Shown: positions 9,925 to 19,700, numbered from the stretch's first letter. The stretch: 64,000 bases of DNA from an uncultured Eubacteriales bacterium (GCA_964527585.1 CAZGPE010000003.1:26723-90722); one strand, 5' to 3'. The notes: a model not told the origin generated them from the sequence alone. Program-made: numbers and translations.

Positions 9925-10224
9925 ATGATTTTAGTAATGGTAATAATTTTGTTAGCGTATGCATATATAGGTATGTCTGAGTTCGGTTCGTTGCTTTTAG
10001 CACCTGTATTTATCTATATGGTATGTATGCTGTTTACTATAAGAGATGATCAAAAACAGCAGATGAAAGAAACCGAAAAAATCAAAAGGATGTTAAAATC
10101 TTTAGGCGGTGATGAAAATTACGGCATAAATACACCTTTGAAAACCGATGAAACGGTTGAACAAAACACTTCCGAAATTCACGAAAATGTCGATATCAAA
10201 CACGACAACAACGGTATAAAATAA
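9925..10224 (+). CDS. Small hypothetical membrane protein (2 TM helices plus an acidic tail)
   Basis: 99-aa ORF with GAGGTG 6 nt before the ATG and a terminator immediately after the stop. I recognise no family. Confidence 0.5.
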   Translation: MILVMVIILLAYAYIGMSEFGSLLLAPVFIYMVCMLFTIRDDQKQQMKETEKIKRMLKSLGGDENYGINTPLKTDETVEQNTSEIHENVDIKHDNNGIK

Positions 10225-10228
10225 AAAA

Positions 10229-10260
10229 TATCCCCGACGGTTTTGTAACTGTCGGGGATT
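10229..10260. terminator. Bidirectional terminator
   Basis: TCCCCGACGGTT / AACTGTCGGGGA stem (one mismatch) with a TTGT loop. An A-run lies upstream and a T-run downstream. Confidence 0.8.
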
Positions 10261-10262
10261 TC

Positions 10263-11486
10263 TTATATTTGTTTTTGAGATTTCTTTTCGTCTTTTTTCA
10301 GAATAATAAGACCGATTAGCAGAACAGTGGGGAAAATACAGCCGAACGAAAGCCCGGATTTTAATGCCTGACCTTCTGTTAACAGAGGATTGTTTGATTT
10401 GAAAGCGGTGCTTATAAAACTGATAAGCCAAGGACCTGTTCCGCAGCCGATGTCTCCGAGAAGTGCGAGTATTCCGAAAAGTCCGCCTGCGCCGTTCGGG
10501 AATTTCTTTGCGGTAAGTGAGAATGTTCCCGGCCAGAAAAGACTTATCGAAAGACCGGTTAAAGCACATGCCAAAAGCGAAATAATACTGTTTTCGCAAA
10601 ATGATGCGGTAAGATAACAGATTATGCAAAGCACTGAAAAACAGGACATTATTTTTATAAGATTGATTTTTTCGCCGTAAAGACCGTAAAAAAGCCTTCC
10701 GAACCCCATAAACATTCCGAACAGGCAAGGACCTAAAAGATCGCCGGTGAATTTAGATACATTAAGTCCTTCTTCCGCAAAGAAAGATGACCATTGCGAC
10801 ATTGCGAGTTCACTCGCTCCCGCACAGAACATTATTACCATTGCGACAATAAAAGTTTTTGAACGGAGAAGTTTTTTTACCGAAGTGATTTTTTCTTCTT
10901 CAACGGGCGGCATAAACGGTACGCTCATAAAGTTGAACATATTTATAAGCGGAATAACAGCCCATATAATCGGAAGAATATTCCAATTATCGCTTCCGCA
11001 TAATTTTATAAACACTGTCGATAGGGCAACAACTACCATTTGTCCCCAGCAGTAAAACGAATGTAGAAGACTCATATCGGCGGCTTTTTTATCACTCGGA
11101 ATGGATTCGACAATCGGACTTATCGTAACTTCTATCATACCGCTTCCGATTGCCGAAATAACAAGCGAAAATGCAATCGCAAGAAATTTGTGCGATGTGA
11201 TTTCCGGTAAAATACCGAGCATAAGCAATCCGATAAAGGCGAACAGATGCGAGCAGACAACGATTTTTTTGAATCCGATTTTGTCTACGATTTTAACCGA
11301 AAGCAAATCAACTGCCATTTGAGTGGCGAAATTTATAAGAATAAGACTTCCGATGGTGCCGACACCGATGCTGTATCTTTCCGAAAATATGACAAACAGC
11401 AACGGGGCAAGATTATTGATTATCGCCTGAACAAAATATCCGGTGTAGCAGGCGATTTTAGTTGATTTGAATGTTCTTTTTGACAT
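10263..11486 (-). CDS. MFS transporter
   Basis: 407-aa, 12-TM-type protein with an MFS-like loop (DKIGFKK). It lies 9 nt downstream of manA on the same strand. Confidence 0.85.
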   Translation of the reverse strand: MSKRTFKSTKIACYTGYFVQAIINNLAPLLFVIFSERYSIGVGTIGSLILINFATQMAVDLLSVKIVDKIGFKKIVVCSHLFAFIGLLMLGILPEITSHKFLAIAFSLVISAIGSGMIEVTISPIVESIPSDKKAADMSLLHSFYCWGQMVVVALSTVFIKLCGSDNWNILPIIWAVIPLINMFNFMSVPFMPPVEEEKITSVKKLLRSKTFIVAMVIMFCAGASELAMSQWSSFFAEEGLNVSKFTGDLLGPCLFGMFMGFGRLFYGLYGEKINLIKIMSCFSVLCIICYLTASFCENSIISLLACALTGLSISLFWPGTFSLTAKKFPNGAGGLFGILALLGDIGCGTGPWLISFISTAFKSNNPLLTEGQALKSGLSFGCIFPTVLLIGLIILKKDEKKSQKQI

Positions 11487-11495
11487 TTTTACCTC

Positions 11496-12455
11496 TTATA
11501 CAGTCGTAACTATTATATTTATATTTCCGTCAAATTCGATTTTTCCCGAATTCGCACCTACAAAAAGGCTGTCGCCTTTCTTAATTTCGAGTTCTTCTCC
11601 GGAGTTTTTGATTTTACCGTTTCCTTCGGTAACGATAACCGAAACAAAAGAATTTTCATCTGCGAAAAGATCTTCTTTACCGTTGATTTTATATTCGCTT
11701 ACCGTGAAAAGTTCACATTCGGTCAAAAGTTGCGATGTTCCGGATTTTGTTTGCTTTATTTGACCGATGGGTTCGGTTGAATGTGAAGGCGGTTCGCATT
11801 TTGTTACATCAACGGCCTTGTCAATATGTAAGGGGCGGAGATTTCCGTCCTTGTCCTTTCTCGCATAATCGTATACACGGTAGGTTGTGTTTGAGTTTTG
11901 CTGAATTTCCGCAAGAAGTATTCCCGAACCTATTGCATGAAGAGTTCCGGCTTGAATAAAGAACATATCTCCCTTATGAACTTTGACTTTATTCACAACA
12001 TCGAGAAATGTATTGTCGTTAATTCTTTTTTTGAATTCTTCGGAAGAAATTTCTCGATTAAATCCGTAAATCAATTCGGCGTTTTCGTCGCAGTCCAAAA
12101 TGTACCAACACTCAGTTTTTCCGTATTCGCCTTCAACCCGTAATGCGTATTCGTTGTCGGGATGAACCTGTACCGAAAGATCTTTTTTTGCGTCTATAAG
12201 TTTGATCAGTATCGGAAAAAAATCAAATTTTTCGGAGTTGTGTCCGAGAATTTTTTCGGGACACAAGTCAATAACTTCCGAGAGTGTTTTTCCTTTATAT
12301 TCGCCGTTTTCGATTATGTTTTCTCCGTCTTTATGACAAGAAAGCATCCAGCCTTCCGCAACCTTTTCCATATTGCTTTCGAATCCGAAGTCGGTTTTTA
12401 ATTTTGTTCCGCCCCACAAGTAGTCTTTAAGAGCGGGTTTAAGTTTAAGAAGCAT
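11496..12455 (-). CDS. manA: Mannose-6-phosphate isomerase, class I
   Basis: MLLKLKPALKDYLWGGTKL..., LSVQVHPD and AGTLHAIG are type I PMI cupin motifs. Confidence 0.9.
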   Translation of the reverse strand: MLLKLKPALKDYLWGGTKLKTDFGFESNMEKVAEGWMLSCHKDGENIIENGEYKGKTLSEVIDLCPEKILGHNSEKFDFFPILIKLIDAKKDLSVQVHPDNEYALRVEGEYGKTECWYILDCDENAELIYGFNREISSEEFKKRINDNTFLDVVNKVKVHKGDMFFIQAGTLHAIGSGILLAEIQQNSNTTYRVYDYARKDKDGNLRPLHIDKAVDVTKCEPPSHSTEPIGQIKQTKSGTSQLLTECELFTVSEYKINGKEDLFADENSFVSVIVTEGNGKIKNSGEELEIKKGDSLFVGANSGKIEFDGNINIIVTTV

Positions 12456-12534
12456 TGTGTTATCTCCCCGGTTTTATATGATTTTATATCTTAGCAAATT
12501 TGAACGATTACTTCAAGCGGATAATAAAATATTG

Positions 12535-12563
12535 TTGTATAAAAATCAATTATGTGATAAAAT
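12535..12563 (+). promoter_or_regulatory. Putative promoter of the tauE-sulfatase-symporter operon
   Basis: TTGTAT (12535..12540), a 17-nt spacer ending in TGA, then TAAAAT (12558..12563), an extended -10 type. Confidence 0.5.
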
Positions 12564-12581
12564 ACTTTTTGGTGATTTTTC

Positions 12582-13364
12582 GTGTATTTTATTATTTACG
12601 GTATTGTAATATTGATTGCCACTACGCTCGGTGCGTTTGTCGGGCTTGGCGGCGGAGTTATAATTAAGCCTGTTCTCGATGTTATAGATTTTCATTCGTT
12701 GAGCCAGGTTGCGTTTTTTTCTTCGTGTGCGGTATTTTCGATGTCCGTAACTTCAACGGTAAAACATATAAGAAATAAAACTTCGATAAATATGAAATTC
12801 GTTTTGCTTTTCGCACTCGGTTCGGTTGTCGGCGGTTTTGCGGGTAACAGGATATTTAATCTCGCTTTAAGCAAAAGTTCATCTCCCGATGTTGTAAAAG
12901 GCGTGCAATCGCTTCTGCTATTTATTCTTCTTGTTGCTGTTATAGTTTCCGTAAATGTAAAATTAAAGAAATTTAATATTAAAAAGCCGGTTTTTATAAC
13001 TCTTACCGGACTTTTACTCGGAATGACGGCGGCTTTTTTGGGGATCGGCGGCGGGCCTATAAATGTCGCAGTGCTTACGGTTTTATTTTCCTTTACCATG
13101 AGGGATGCGGCGGTGTATTCCGTTGCGATTATTTTCTTTTCGCAGTTGTCCAATCTGATAACGACTTATGTCAATGTCGGTTTTGCTGACTTTGATTTGA
13201 AATACTTGCTTGTGATAATACCCGCAGCGATATTTGGCGGATTTATCGGGGCTAAACTTAACAGAAAATGTAACGAAAAAACAATCAGAACCGTTTTTAC
13301 GGTTGCTGTTTCCGCTGTGGCGGCACTGTCTTTGTATAATGCCGTTACCGCTTTTATAAACTGA
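12582..13364 (+). CDS. TauE/SafE-family anion (sulfite/sulfonate-type) exporter
   Basis: 260-aa, 8-TM protein with two internal halves and GLGGG / GIGGGPI motifs typical of TauE/SafE (DUF81). GTG start with GGTGA upstream. Confidence 0.8.
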   Translation: MYFIIYGIVILIATTLGAFVGLGGGVIIKPVLDVIDFHSLSQVAFFSSCAVFSMSVTSTVKHIRNKTSINMKFVLLFALGSVVGGFAGNRIFNLALSKSSSPDVVKGVQSLLLFILLVAVIVSVNVKLKKFNIKKPVFITLTGLLLGMTAAFLGIGGGPINVAVLTVLFSFTMRDAAVYSVAIIFFSQLSNLITTYVNVGFADFDLKYLLVIIPAAIFGGFIGAKLNRKCNEKTIRTVFTVAVSAVAALSLYNAVTAFIN

Positions 13365-13380
13365 AGAAAGAGGTGCAGTT

Positions 13381-14700
13381 TTGAGACCGAATATTATTTT
13401 TTATTTCAGCGACCAACAGCGTTGGGATACAGTCAACGAAACCGCAACGCCGAATCTTATGCAGTTGAGCAGAGAGGGAATTAAGTTTGATAATTCCTAC
13501 ACCTGCCAGCCGGTATGCGGTCCGGCAAGAGCGTGCTTGCAAACGGGACTGTATGCTACGCAAAACAAGTGCTATTGGAACGGAATACCCCTTCCGAGAG
13601 ATGTTAAGCCCCTTGCCGAATATTTTAACGAAGCGGGATACGAAACCGCTTATGTCGGAAAATGGCACTTGGCATCCGACAGATTGCCTCACGGATTTCA
13701 CTGTGAAAAAACTGCGGTGCCGGAAGAATTACAGGGCGGATACAAAGACTGGTGGCGTGGTGCCGATGTCCTTGAGTTTACATCACACGGATATGACGGA
13801 TATGTGTTTGACAAAGCCGGAAATAAAATTGATTTCAAAGGTTACCGTGCGGACTGTATTAACGATTTTGCACTTGAATACCTTGATCAAAAGACTTCGG
13901 ATAAACCGTTCTTTATGTTTGTTTCGCATATCGAACCTCATCATCAAAATGACCGACACTGTTATGAAGGTCCTAAAGATACGGTTGAAAACTTCAGAGA
14001 TTATCCTCTTCCCGACGATTTGACCTTTCTTAAAGGCGATTACGAAAAAATGTATCCCGATTATATGGCTGCGATAAACAGCCTTGATAAAAATGTCGGA
14101 AAACTTGTAGATAAACTTAAAGAAAAAGGTCTTTATGATAATACCGTAATCATTTATACCAGTGATCACGGATCTCATTTTAAGACGAGAAACCTCGAAT
14201 ATAAGCGTTCTTGCCATGACAGTGCGACACATACGCCTTTGATTATAAAAGGCGGTATGTTTGAAGGCGGAAAATGCGATGACAGACTTGTAAGTTTAAT
14301 TGACCTTCCGGCGACTTTGCTTGATATTGCGGGAATTGAAATCCCCGAGAGTTATATGGGCCGTTCGCTTGTAAAAGAACTTGAAACCGGCGAAGAAAGA
14401 GACTGTGTATTTATTCAAATCAGCGAAAGTCAATGCGGCAGGGCGATCAGAACCAAAAAGTACAAATATTCCGTAAGAGCCTTAACCGCTACGGGTTATG
14501 TTATGCACAGTTCACCGGTATATTTTGAAGATTATCTTTACGATCTTGAAAAAGATCCGATTGAAAAGAATAATCTCATTAAATCGCCGGAGTATAAACA
14601 AGTCAGAAAAGAACTTAAACAAATGCTTATCAGGGAAATGACGGCTGCGGGGGAGAAAAAGCCTGTTATTTTACCTGCTTTATATGCAAAAAAGAAATAA
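13381..14700 (+). CDS. Sulfatase (S1 family, Cys-type); no signal peptide
   Basis: TTG start behind AGAGGTG. It has an N-terminal FSDQQRWD metal site, a CxPxR formylglycine motif (CGPAR in YTCQPVCGPARACLQTG), GKWH and YTSDHG motifs. Confidence 0.9.
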   Translation: MRPNIIFYFSDQQRWDTVNETATPNLMQLSREGIKFDNSYTCQPVCGPARACLQTGLYATQNKCYWNGIPLPRDVKPLAEYFNEAGYETAYVGKWHLASDRLPHGFHCEKTAVPEELQGGYKDWWRGADVLEFTSHGYDGYVFDKAGNKIDFKGYRADCINDFALEYLDQKTSDKPFFMFVSHIEPHHQNDRHCYEGPKDTVENFRDYPLPDDLTFLKGDYEKMYPDYMAAINSLDKNVGKLVDKLKEKGLYDNTVIIYTSDHGSHFKTRNLEYKRSCHDSATHTPLIIKGGMFEGGKCDDRLVSLIDLPATLLDIAGIEIPESYMGRSLVKELETGEERDCVFIQISESQCGRAIRTKKYKYSVRALTATGYVMHSSPVYFEDYLYDLEKDPIEKNNLIKSPEYKQVRKELKQMLIREMTAAGEKKPVILPALYAKKK

Positions 14701-14725
14701 TAAAAAAAGGAAATAGGAGTCTGTA

Positions 14726-16123
14726 ATGGAAAAGAAATACTTAACTCTTAAAGAGAAAGTTACATTTCCGATGGCGTCTTTCGGACGAAGCGGAGTGTAT
14801 ACGATTATGTCGATGTTCCTGCTTATTTTCTACACCGATGCGGCAGGACTTGATCCGATTCATGCCGGAAACATTATTCTTGCGGGAAGAGTTTTCGATG
14901 CTTTGAACGATCCCATAATGGGAATGATTGTTGACCGTACACATACGAAATGGGGTAAAATGAGACCTTATCTTCTCTTTTCCCCGATACCGATTGCCGT
15001 GTCGACAATTCTTTTGTTTTTCGCACCTCAGTTTTCGTCATATTGGGCAAAGGTAGCCTATGCCGCAGTTACATATATCCTTTGGGGCGTTATGTTTACG
15101 ATTCAGGATGTTCCTTTCTGGGGATTGAGTTCTGTTATTACCCCGAACGAAGCGGAACGCACAAGATTTATTTCAAACGGAAGACTCGGCAGTACCGCAG
15201 GCGGAATTTTACCGACCGTACTTATTCCCGTGCTTGTTGCCGAAAACGCTCTCGGACTGAGAAAAGGATATTTCGTTTCGGCGGTAATATTTGCCGTGAT
15301 TGCCGCTGTATTTTCTATTCTTCCTTTCTTTACCGCTAAGGAAAGAGTTGTCGAGGAAAGAAAAGATACAAGAACCTTCAAAGAGAATTTCCGTCTCATC
15401 GCAAAGAATAAAGTTTTGCTCATCGTTATTATTTCCGCTGTTCTCGGCTCAACAATGGTAATGGCCAATGTTTGCGCAACATATATCCATTATTATTTAA
15501 TCGGCGTTGACAATTACGGAATAATTCCGGACGGATTTAAGATGACCTCTCTTACGGTGGCTGTCGGTGTGGGTATGGTACCCGCAATGGTAATTATGCC
15601 TGCTTTAAGAAAGAGATTTTCTCTTAAAGCCATATATATCGGTTCTTCGGTATTCGGAATAATATCCCACCTTGCGTTTTGGTTCATAGGTTATGATAAC
15701 ATTTATCTCGTATTGCTCTGTCTTGTGTTTATGGGCGTACCGCTTGGAATTTACAATGTTATAACCTATGCTCTTATTGCCGACAGCGTCGATTATATCG
15801 AATGGAAAACAGGAGAGAGAGCCGACGGAGTTTGCTTTGCTTTCCAGACTCTTTTAAGCAAAATTTCGGCCGGACTTGCCACTTATGCGGTAAGTATCGT
15901 GCTTAAAGTATGTCAGTTCCAGGCTCCGATTGACGGCGTTATTCAGGTTCAGTCCGAACAGACAAAGACAGGATTGTTCTTTATGATTACGATTTTGCCC
16001 GCAATCGGCTTTGCTCTTACGATGATTCCGATGTTCTTTAATGATTATACAGGCAAGAAAAAAGCCGAAATTCAAAAAGAACTTGAACTCAGAAGAGCAA
16101 AGGCAAATGCCGAAAGTATATAA
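14726..16123 (+). CDS. Glycoside-pentoside-hexuronide (GPH):cation symporter family transporter
   Basis: 465-aa, 12-TM protein with a MelB/YicJ-like signature (RVFDALNDPIMGMIVDRT..KWGKMRPY). Confidence 0.88.
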   Translation: MEKKYLTLKEKVTFPMASFGRSGVYTIMSMFLLIFYTDAAGLDPIHAGNIILAGRVFDALNDPIMGMIVDRTHTKWGKMRPYLLFSPIPIAVSTILLFFAPQFSSYWAKVAYAAVTYILWGVMFTIQDVPFWGLSSVITPNEAERTRFISNGRLGSTAGGILPTVLIPVLVAENALGLRKGYFVSAVIFAVIAAVFSILPFFTAKERVVEERKDTRTFKENFRLIAKNKVLLIVIISAVLGSTMVMANVCATYIHYYLIGVDNYGIIPDGFKMTSLTVAVGVGMVPAMVIMPALRKRFSLKAIYIGSSVFGIISHLAFWFIGYDNIYLVLLCLVFMGVPLGIYNVITYALIADSVDYIEWKTGERADGVCFAFQTLLSKISAGLATYAVSIVLKVCQFQAPIDGVIQVQSEQTKTGLFFMITILPAIGFALTMIPMFFNDYTGKKKAEIQKELELRRAKANAESI

Positions 16124-16145
16124 AACTTTATATATATTGCACTAA

Positions 16146-16180
16146 AAGACAGGCAACTTTAACGGTTGCTTGTCTTTTTT
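16146..16180 (+). terminator. Terminator of the sulfatase operon
   Basis: AAGACAGGCAAC / GTTGCTTGTCTT stem followed by T6. Confidence 0.8.
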
Positions 16181-16284
16181 ATAGAATTTTTGCAAGAAGG
16201 GTAATCTGATATTGCAAAATCGAGTAAAATATATTAAAATCTAAAGTGATTTAATACGAATAATAAATATTGAGGTGTGAAATT

Positions 16285-17547
16285 ATGCAATTTTCTCAGA
16301 TGAGCAAGCCCGAATTGGCTGCATCGTATAATGAATTGAAAAAAGAATACGAAGCATTGAAATCACAGGAACTGAAACTCGATATGTCAAGAGGTAAACC
16401 GGCGGGAGACCAGTTGGATCTTTCAATGGATATGCTCAAAGAAGTTATCGGAGTATGTGATTGCAAAAACGAAAACGGACTTGATTGCCGAAATTACGGT
16501 GTGCTTGACGGTATCCCGGAGTGTAAAAGACTTTTTGCCGAGATTTTAGAGGTTGAAAGTGATAATATTCTTCTCGGCGGTACATCAAGCCTTACTCTTA
16601 TGTTTGACTATATCACTCAGTGTATGATAAGCGGAGCGGGTGATAAGCCGTGGAGTCAGCAGGGAGAAATTAAATTTATTTGCAATGTTCCCGGATATGA
16701 CAGACATTTCGGAATTTGCGAGTATTACGGAATAAAAATGATAAATGTTCCGATGCTTAATGACGGACCCGATGTTGATAAAATTAAAGAACTTATTAAG
16801 GACAAGAGCGTAAAAGGAATGTTCTGTGTTCCGAAATATTCCAATCCTACGGGAATTACTTATTCCGATGAAAAAGTTCGTGCGTTAGCGGCGTTAAAAC
16901 CCGCTGCAAAAGATTTCAGAGTAATTTGGGACAATGCTTATGTCGTTCATGATCTTTCATCAACTCCCGATCATCTTCTTAACATTTTCGAAGCGTGTAA
17001 AGAATACGGTACCGAAGATTATTTTGTTGAATTTACTTCAACTTCGAAAATCAGTTTCCCCGGCGGCGGTGTTTCCTGTATAGCCGCTTCCGAAAACAAT
17101 ATTAAGGCGATTAAAAAGAGATTTAATGCTCAACTTATCGGCCATGATAAACTCAATCAGCTCAGACACGCAAAGTTCTTCAAAAATGCCGACGGAATCA
17201 GAGCGCAGATGAAAAAGCATGCGGCACTTATCGAGCCTAAATTTAAGGTCGTTCTCGATGCTTTCGAAAGTGAACTTTCCGACGGACTCGCTTCATGGAC
17301 TTGCCCCAACGGCGGATATTTCATCAGCCTTGATACGACGAATTGCAGCGCTAAGCGTGTAGGTGAACTTTGTAAATCACTCGGCGTTGTGCTTACAAAT
17401 GTCGGCGCAACTTATCCTTACGGAATCGACCCCGAAGACAAAAACATCAGAATCGCACCCACTTTCCCGACTGTTGCCGAGATGAAAAAAGCGGCTGAGG
17501 TGCTTTGCCTTTGCGTAAAACTTGCAACAATTGAGAATTTGATGTAA
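16285..17547 (+). CDS. PLP-dependent aminotransferase (fold type I)
   Basis: ATG at 16285 sits behind GAGGTG. The sequence is class I/II aminotransferase-like, with a candidate PLP lysine in TSTSKISFPGGG. Confidence 0.8.
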   Translation: MQFSQMSKPELAASYNELKKEYEALKSQELKLDMSRGKPAGDQLDLSMDMLKEVIGVCDCKNENGLDCRNYGVLDGIPECKRLFAEILEVESDNILLGGTSSLTLMFDYITQCMISGAGDKPWSQQGEIKFICNVPGYDRHFGICEYYGIKMINVPMLNDGPDVDKIKELIKDKSVKGMFCVPKYSNPTGITYSDEKVRALAALKPAAKDFRVIWDNAYVVHDLSSTPDHLLNIFEACKEYGTEDYFVEFTSTSKISFPGGGVSCIAASENNIKAIKKRFNAQLIGHDKLNQLRHAKFFKNADGIRAQMKKHAALIEPKFKVVLDAFESELSDGLASWTCPNGGYFISLDTTNCSAKRVGELCKSLGVVLTNVGATYPYGIDPEDKNIRIAPTFPTVAEMKKAAEVLCLCVKLATIENLM

Positions 17548-17594
17548 AATATCATTGTAAACGATAATTGTTCATATAATTACACGGTGATACA

Positions 17595-18317
17595 ATGAAT
17601 TTCTTAAAACAAAACAGTGAAACTTCCTGCGCTATGCCGTATGTTTCGGCAATTATAGTAGCGGCAGGCAATTCAACAAGAATGGGCGGCGTCAATAAGC
17701 AATTTTTGCTTATTGACGGCGTCCCTGTGCTTATTAGGACTTTACAGGCTTTTGAGGATTGCGGTGCGGTTAACGAAATTGTGGTTGCCGCCCGTGAGGA
17801 AGATATTCCGAGAATGTTTTCTATGATTAAGGAATACGCTTTGACAAAAGTCGTTGACATTGTCAAAGGCGGAGCGACCCGTCAGGAAAGTGTTTTTAAT
17901 GCGATTAAACACACTTCTCCCATGAGCGAGTATTTTGCGATTCATGACGGCGCAAGACCTCTTGTAAGCGAAAAAATAATCACAGATACGGTTAACGCCG
18001 CTTTTGAAACCGGAGCGGCGGCAACCGGAGTTCGTGTTAAAGATACGATTAAGGTAGTTGATGACAGCGGTGTAATAACTTCGACTCCGGACAGGAATTA
18101 TCTTTGGGCGGTGCACACGCCTCAGGTGTTTGAGAGAAAACTTTATTTGTCGGCAATGGAAAATGTTGAAAATTCCGCCGATTTTACCGATGACTGCCGT
18201 CTTGTCGAAGAATACGGAGTAAAAGTTAAAATGACAGAGGGCAGTTATGAAAATATAAAAATAACAACACCCGAAGATACTCTTATCGCACAGGCGGTTT
18301 TATCGGGAAGGGAGTGA
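17595..18317 (+). CDS. ispD: 2-C-methyl-D-erythritol 4-phosphate cytidylyltransferase
   Basis: IIVAAGNSTRMG nucleotide-binding motif, IHDGARP and an ENIKITTPEDL-like C-terminus. The start could instead be the internal ATG at 17634. Confidence 0.92.
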   Translation: MNFLKQNSETSCAMPYVSAIIVAAGNSTRMGGVNKQFLLIDGVPVLIRTLQAFEDCGAVNEIVVAAREEDIPRMFSMIKEYALTKVVDIVKGGATRQESVFNAIKHTSPMSEYFAIHDGARPLVSEKIITDTVNAAFETGAAATGVRVKDTIKVVDDSGVITSTPDRNYLWAVHTPQVFERKLYLSAMENVENSADFTDDCRLVEEYGVKVKMTEGSYENIKITTPEDTLIAQAVLSGRE

Positions 18318-18323
18318 AATTAA

Positions 18324-18800
18324 ATGATGAGAATAGGCCACGGATATGATGTTCATAAACTTGTTTCGGGTAGGAAACTTATACTCGGCGGTGTTGAAAT
18401 CGAAAACGGCGGAGTCGGACTTTTGGGACATTCCGATGCCGATGTGCTTTTACACGCAATAAGCGATTCCCTTTTGGGCGCTGCCGCTTTGGGCGACATC
18501 GGAAAGCATTTCCCCGATACCGACGAGAGATATAAAGGCGCTGACAGTCTTGTTCTTTTGAAAAATGTCGGAGAACTCATAAAAGAAAAAGGATATAATA
18601 CAGTAAATATTGATGCGACTGTTCTCGCTCAGGCGCCAAAACTCGCACCGTTTATTTACCGGATGCGTAAAAATATTGCCGATGCTTTGGCGATTGATGT
18701 CGATTTTGTCAGCGTTAAAGCGACAACCGAAGAAGGTTTGGGCTTTACAGGAACTAAAGAGGGAATATCGGCACACTGTGTTTGTCTTATTGAAAAATAA
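18324..18800 (+). CDS. ispF: 2-C-methyl-D-erythritol 2,4-cyclodiphosphate synthase
   Basis: [23 protein letters not shown] and ATTTEGLGFTG are canonical IspF motifs. Confidence 0.95.
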   Translation: MMRIGHGYDVHKLVSGRKLILGGVEIENGGVGLLGHSDADVLLHAISDSLLGAAALGDIGKHFPDTDERYKGADSLVLLKNVGELIKEKGYNTVNIDATVLAQAPKLAPFIYRMRKNIADALAIDVDFVSVKATTEEGLGFTGTKEGISAHCVCLIEK

Positions 18801-18902
18801 GTGAAAGAGATGATGAAAATCATCTCTTTTTTCTTTCTTGAGATTGACTATGTTATCAACTTTTGGTATTATATTTCTATAATAAAAACAACGGAGGATA
18901 AG

Positions 18903-19700
18903 ATGGAAAAGTATTATGATTATTGCGACCATATCGAGAATACGCTAAGCGCTTTTTCCGATAATAAAACGAATTACATCTTCAAAAAAAGAACACTTGA
19001 CGAGATGGAAGTCCGTACCGGAGAAGTTATTAAAAGAGGATTGAAAGATAAAAAAGTTGCTCACGATTTAATTCTCGATGAATATAATTCCGACAGAATA
19101 TTAAGAGATTACAAACAGTATCTCGAAGTTCTTAAAGAAAAAAGAATGGTTAAACTTGTTCCGCTTGTTTCTCTGATTTGTGTGCTTGCGGCAGTGCTTG
19201 TTTATTTGTGCATAGGTTTTATTTTTGATGTTTGGCATCCGACTTGGCTTCTTATCGAGGGTACGGCAACTGCCGGCGTAATGGCAATAATGCTTACTGC
19301 CGTTACAGTGCTTCGTCGCCGCAAAAAATTCTATGCTTTAATGAGGGTTATCGTTGCGGGTTCGATAATGGTCGGAACGCAGTTTTTGTTCCTGTTTATC
19401 AGAATACTTTTCGATAATGAAAACGCATATCTTATTTTCCTTTTTGCGCTCGCAATGATGTTTATCGGAGATTTAATTCTCGCAACCGTTACCAAACAGA
19501 GACTCGTATTTGTAAATTATCTTATAACAATACCCGTTGTGTTTATTTTCGCATTTGTTATTTTCGGGCTTGTTACTAAACTTTGGAGTATCGGAAGAAT
19601 AATAATTATTGTCGGCTTTGTTTTGGATCTCGGGGTAATAGCCGCAATGATAATTCGCAATAAAAAACTTGCATATAATCCTGAGGAGGACGACAGATGA
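18903..19700 (+). CDS. Hypothetical polytopic membrane protein (cytoplasmic helical N-domain plus about 5 TM helices)
   Basis: ATG at 18903 sits behind GGAGGA. The 265-aa product begins MEKYYDYCDHIEN.... Its stop overlaps the start of the next gene (ATGA). Confidence 0.65.
   Translation: MEKYYDYCDHIENTLSAFSDNKTNYIFKKRTLDEMEVRTGEVIKRGLKDKKVAHDLILDEYNSDRILRDYKQYLEVLKEKRMVKLVPLVSLICVLAAVLVYLCIGFIFDVWHPTWLLIEGTATAGVMAIMLTAVTVLRRRKKFYALMRVIVAGSIMVGTQFLFLFIRILFDNENAYLIFLFALAMMFIGDLILATVTKQRLVFVNYLITIPVVFIFAFVIFGLVTKLWSIGRIIIIVGFVLDLGVIAAMIIRNKKLAYNPEEDDR

Noticed and set aside
9848-9928. 26-codon upstream ORF (MKNKVRGDLRWFNRQINLFYYYEVIL) whose TGA overlaps the ATG of the 99-aa gene
   Set aside because: It has no Shine-Dalgarno sequence. 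It lies in about 85% AT DNA, where short ORFs arise by chance. It is kept only as a note.
10102-10728. 208-aa Arg/Lys-rich minus-strand ORF
   Set aside because: It is an out-of-frame overlap with the MFS transporter gene and crosses the bidirectional terminator. The composition is typical of an alternative frame in a hydrophobic gene.
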